A stretch of 64,000 nt of DNA, from positions 126,420,001 to 126,484,000 of the forward strand of contig CM059432.1 of assembly GCA_030390025.1 (NCBI GenBank), in the 5' to 3' direction. The DNA comes from Squalus acanthias (Eukaryota). This document shows, piece by piece, positions 62,563 through 64,000 of this stretch. Below the pieces are notes generated by a model. That model was not told the DNA's origin, did not search any database, and saw only the letters and a program-made list of their open reading frames with translations. Position 1 is the first letter of the stretch; the number at the start of each line of letters is the position of its first letter. The position numbers and the translations under genes are program-made.

Positions 62563-64000
62563 GCACAGTCACTCACCAACATGCAGGTTGTGTCCATGTC
62601 TGTCCCTGTGCACGTGCTCCTTTAAATTCTAACCTCTTGTGGTGACATTTCTGCTGAGATAACCAAATGCTACCCGAGTACTCAATCCTAACCTGGAGAG
62701 CAACCTCCTTCATCAAGTCTCTCCTGATATATTGAAGAAGCTCTAGTGAGATCTGTGGACCTCTCCACCTGGGTGATGGGTCTGTGCCACCACATCAGAT
62801 GCAGGCAGACATCAGGCATCTCTCTGGTGAATCCGCTGGAAATCCTCCTGGTCCTCCACCATCCAAAGGGCAAGAGGAATTCCAAAGGAATGCCCATCCT
62901 ACCAGCAGGGACAATTGCACTTGACAGTGAAACACCCATCATGACCTGTAGGTAGTAACAAGGATCAAATTAAACAGTAACTGGAATTGGGAAAAGACCC
63001 AGAAAAGGCAATGCTTCTAATTCAATTGAACCAAAAAAAGCCACAAAATAAATTTTAAAAAAAGTTTTACTTACCAGTTTGAGAGCAATACAACTTTAAA
63101 AAGGTGCTTGGAGGCATTTCCTGCAGCTCTACTCTAGCTTTGTTCGGCACACCCGGATGTGCTTGCTACAATGGAGAAGAGTACCGCAATTTCCAGAGAA
63201 GACAGGAAAAGCCTTCAGAATGCCCCCAAATGCATATAATAATGAGGCTTGCACCATGGAGCCTCATTTTCCCCGGCGTAGACCCAGCACAAAACCCATC
63301 GCAGACACAGATGGCAGACGAATCAAAACCCCAATTTTCTGCTCCCTCTGCGCCGTACTTGAGCCCGCACCACTGGCACAAGGTGGGGGGCACAACTTCA
63401 GGTCCTAAAGTGTGAGGGATGTCATTTGAGTTTACTATAATGCACCTCCTCCTTAGACCTGGCATATTGTGTGCACTACCCAACTCCTAATCTCCGATTT
63501 GTTTTCTAACTGCCCTCCCTGTGCCCTACCTGGCTGCAAAGTTTCAGTGGGAGTAAGTTATGATTCCAGATGGCCTTGTGCCTCCTTATGCTGCTGCTGG
63601 AGATGGCTCTGAAGTATAGTCACGCATGCTAAGCATTCGGCAACCTGTTCCTGTGATGGCAAGACGACACACGATAAGCTTCTATGAAAGCTCTTAGGAA
63701 TGGTCAACATAAAATGGGTTACAGGTTATGAAGGTAAACATTGTGGCATGCATGCTCGGAACAGGTGTCTGGAACAGAAAACTCGAGCTTTACCTTAGCA
63801 ACTTTATTTAGGTCAGACACCTTCCTGTTCTGTATGCAGATTGTTGGATCCTGCAAACGTCACTGACTCTGTTTGCAATCTGCTCTCAGGCTTGCTGGAC
63901 TAGCCTCTCTTGAGGATGATGCCCGTCTTCCCATACAGGACATCCCTCCTTTCCCACTCTTCATAAATGAGGACAGTCAGCGCTCTCGCTCTGGTAGCCT

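Noticed and set aside
62600..64000. Short ORFs and splice-like motifs at the right end
   Set aside because: No family recognised; probably degenerate transposon sequence, cannot be supported

Overview
Repeat-dense vertebrate genomic DNA. The CR1, Penelope, DeuSINE, LF-SINE-like and Harbinger repertoire points to a cartilaginous fish (shark/ray); this is an inference. No intact host CDS can be supported. Contents: (i) many CR1 LINE copies, two carrying ORF1 esterase plus ORF2; (ii) L2, RTE and a third LINE family; (iii) Penelope-like element (PLE) fragments of two families, carrying six near-canonical and one decayed minimal type I hammerhead ribozyme; (iv) a young GC-rich CsRn1/Kabuki-clade Gypsy element with near-identical LTRs, a tRNA-Trp PBS and a 4-bp TSD; (v) PIF/Harbinger remnants and MITEs, one hosting a four-deep nested insertion stack; (vi) a Tc1/mariner-type MITE; (vii) a 31-bp minisatellite; (viii) a decayed TPP2 exon 1 in a CpG-rich promoter-like region; (ix) a probable promoter near 8 kb (RFX X-box, E-box, GC box, CCAAT) with candidate minus-strand first exons. 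Family names were assigned from remembered motifs, not database searches. Boundaries without a stated TSD or TIR are approximate.
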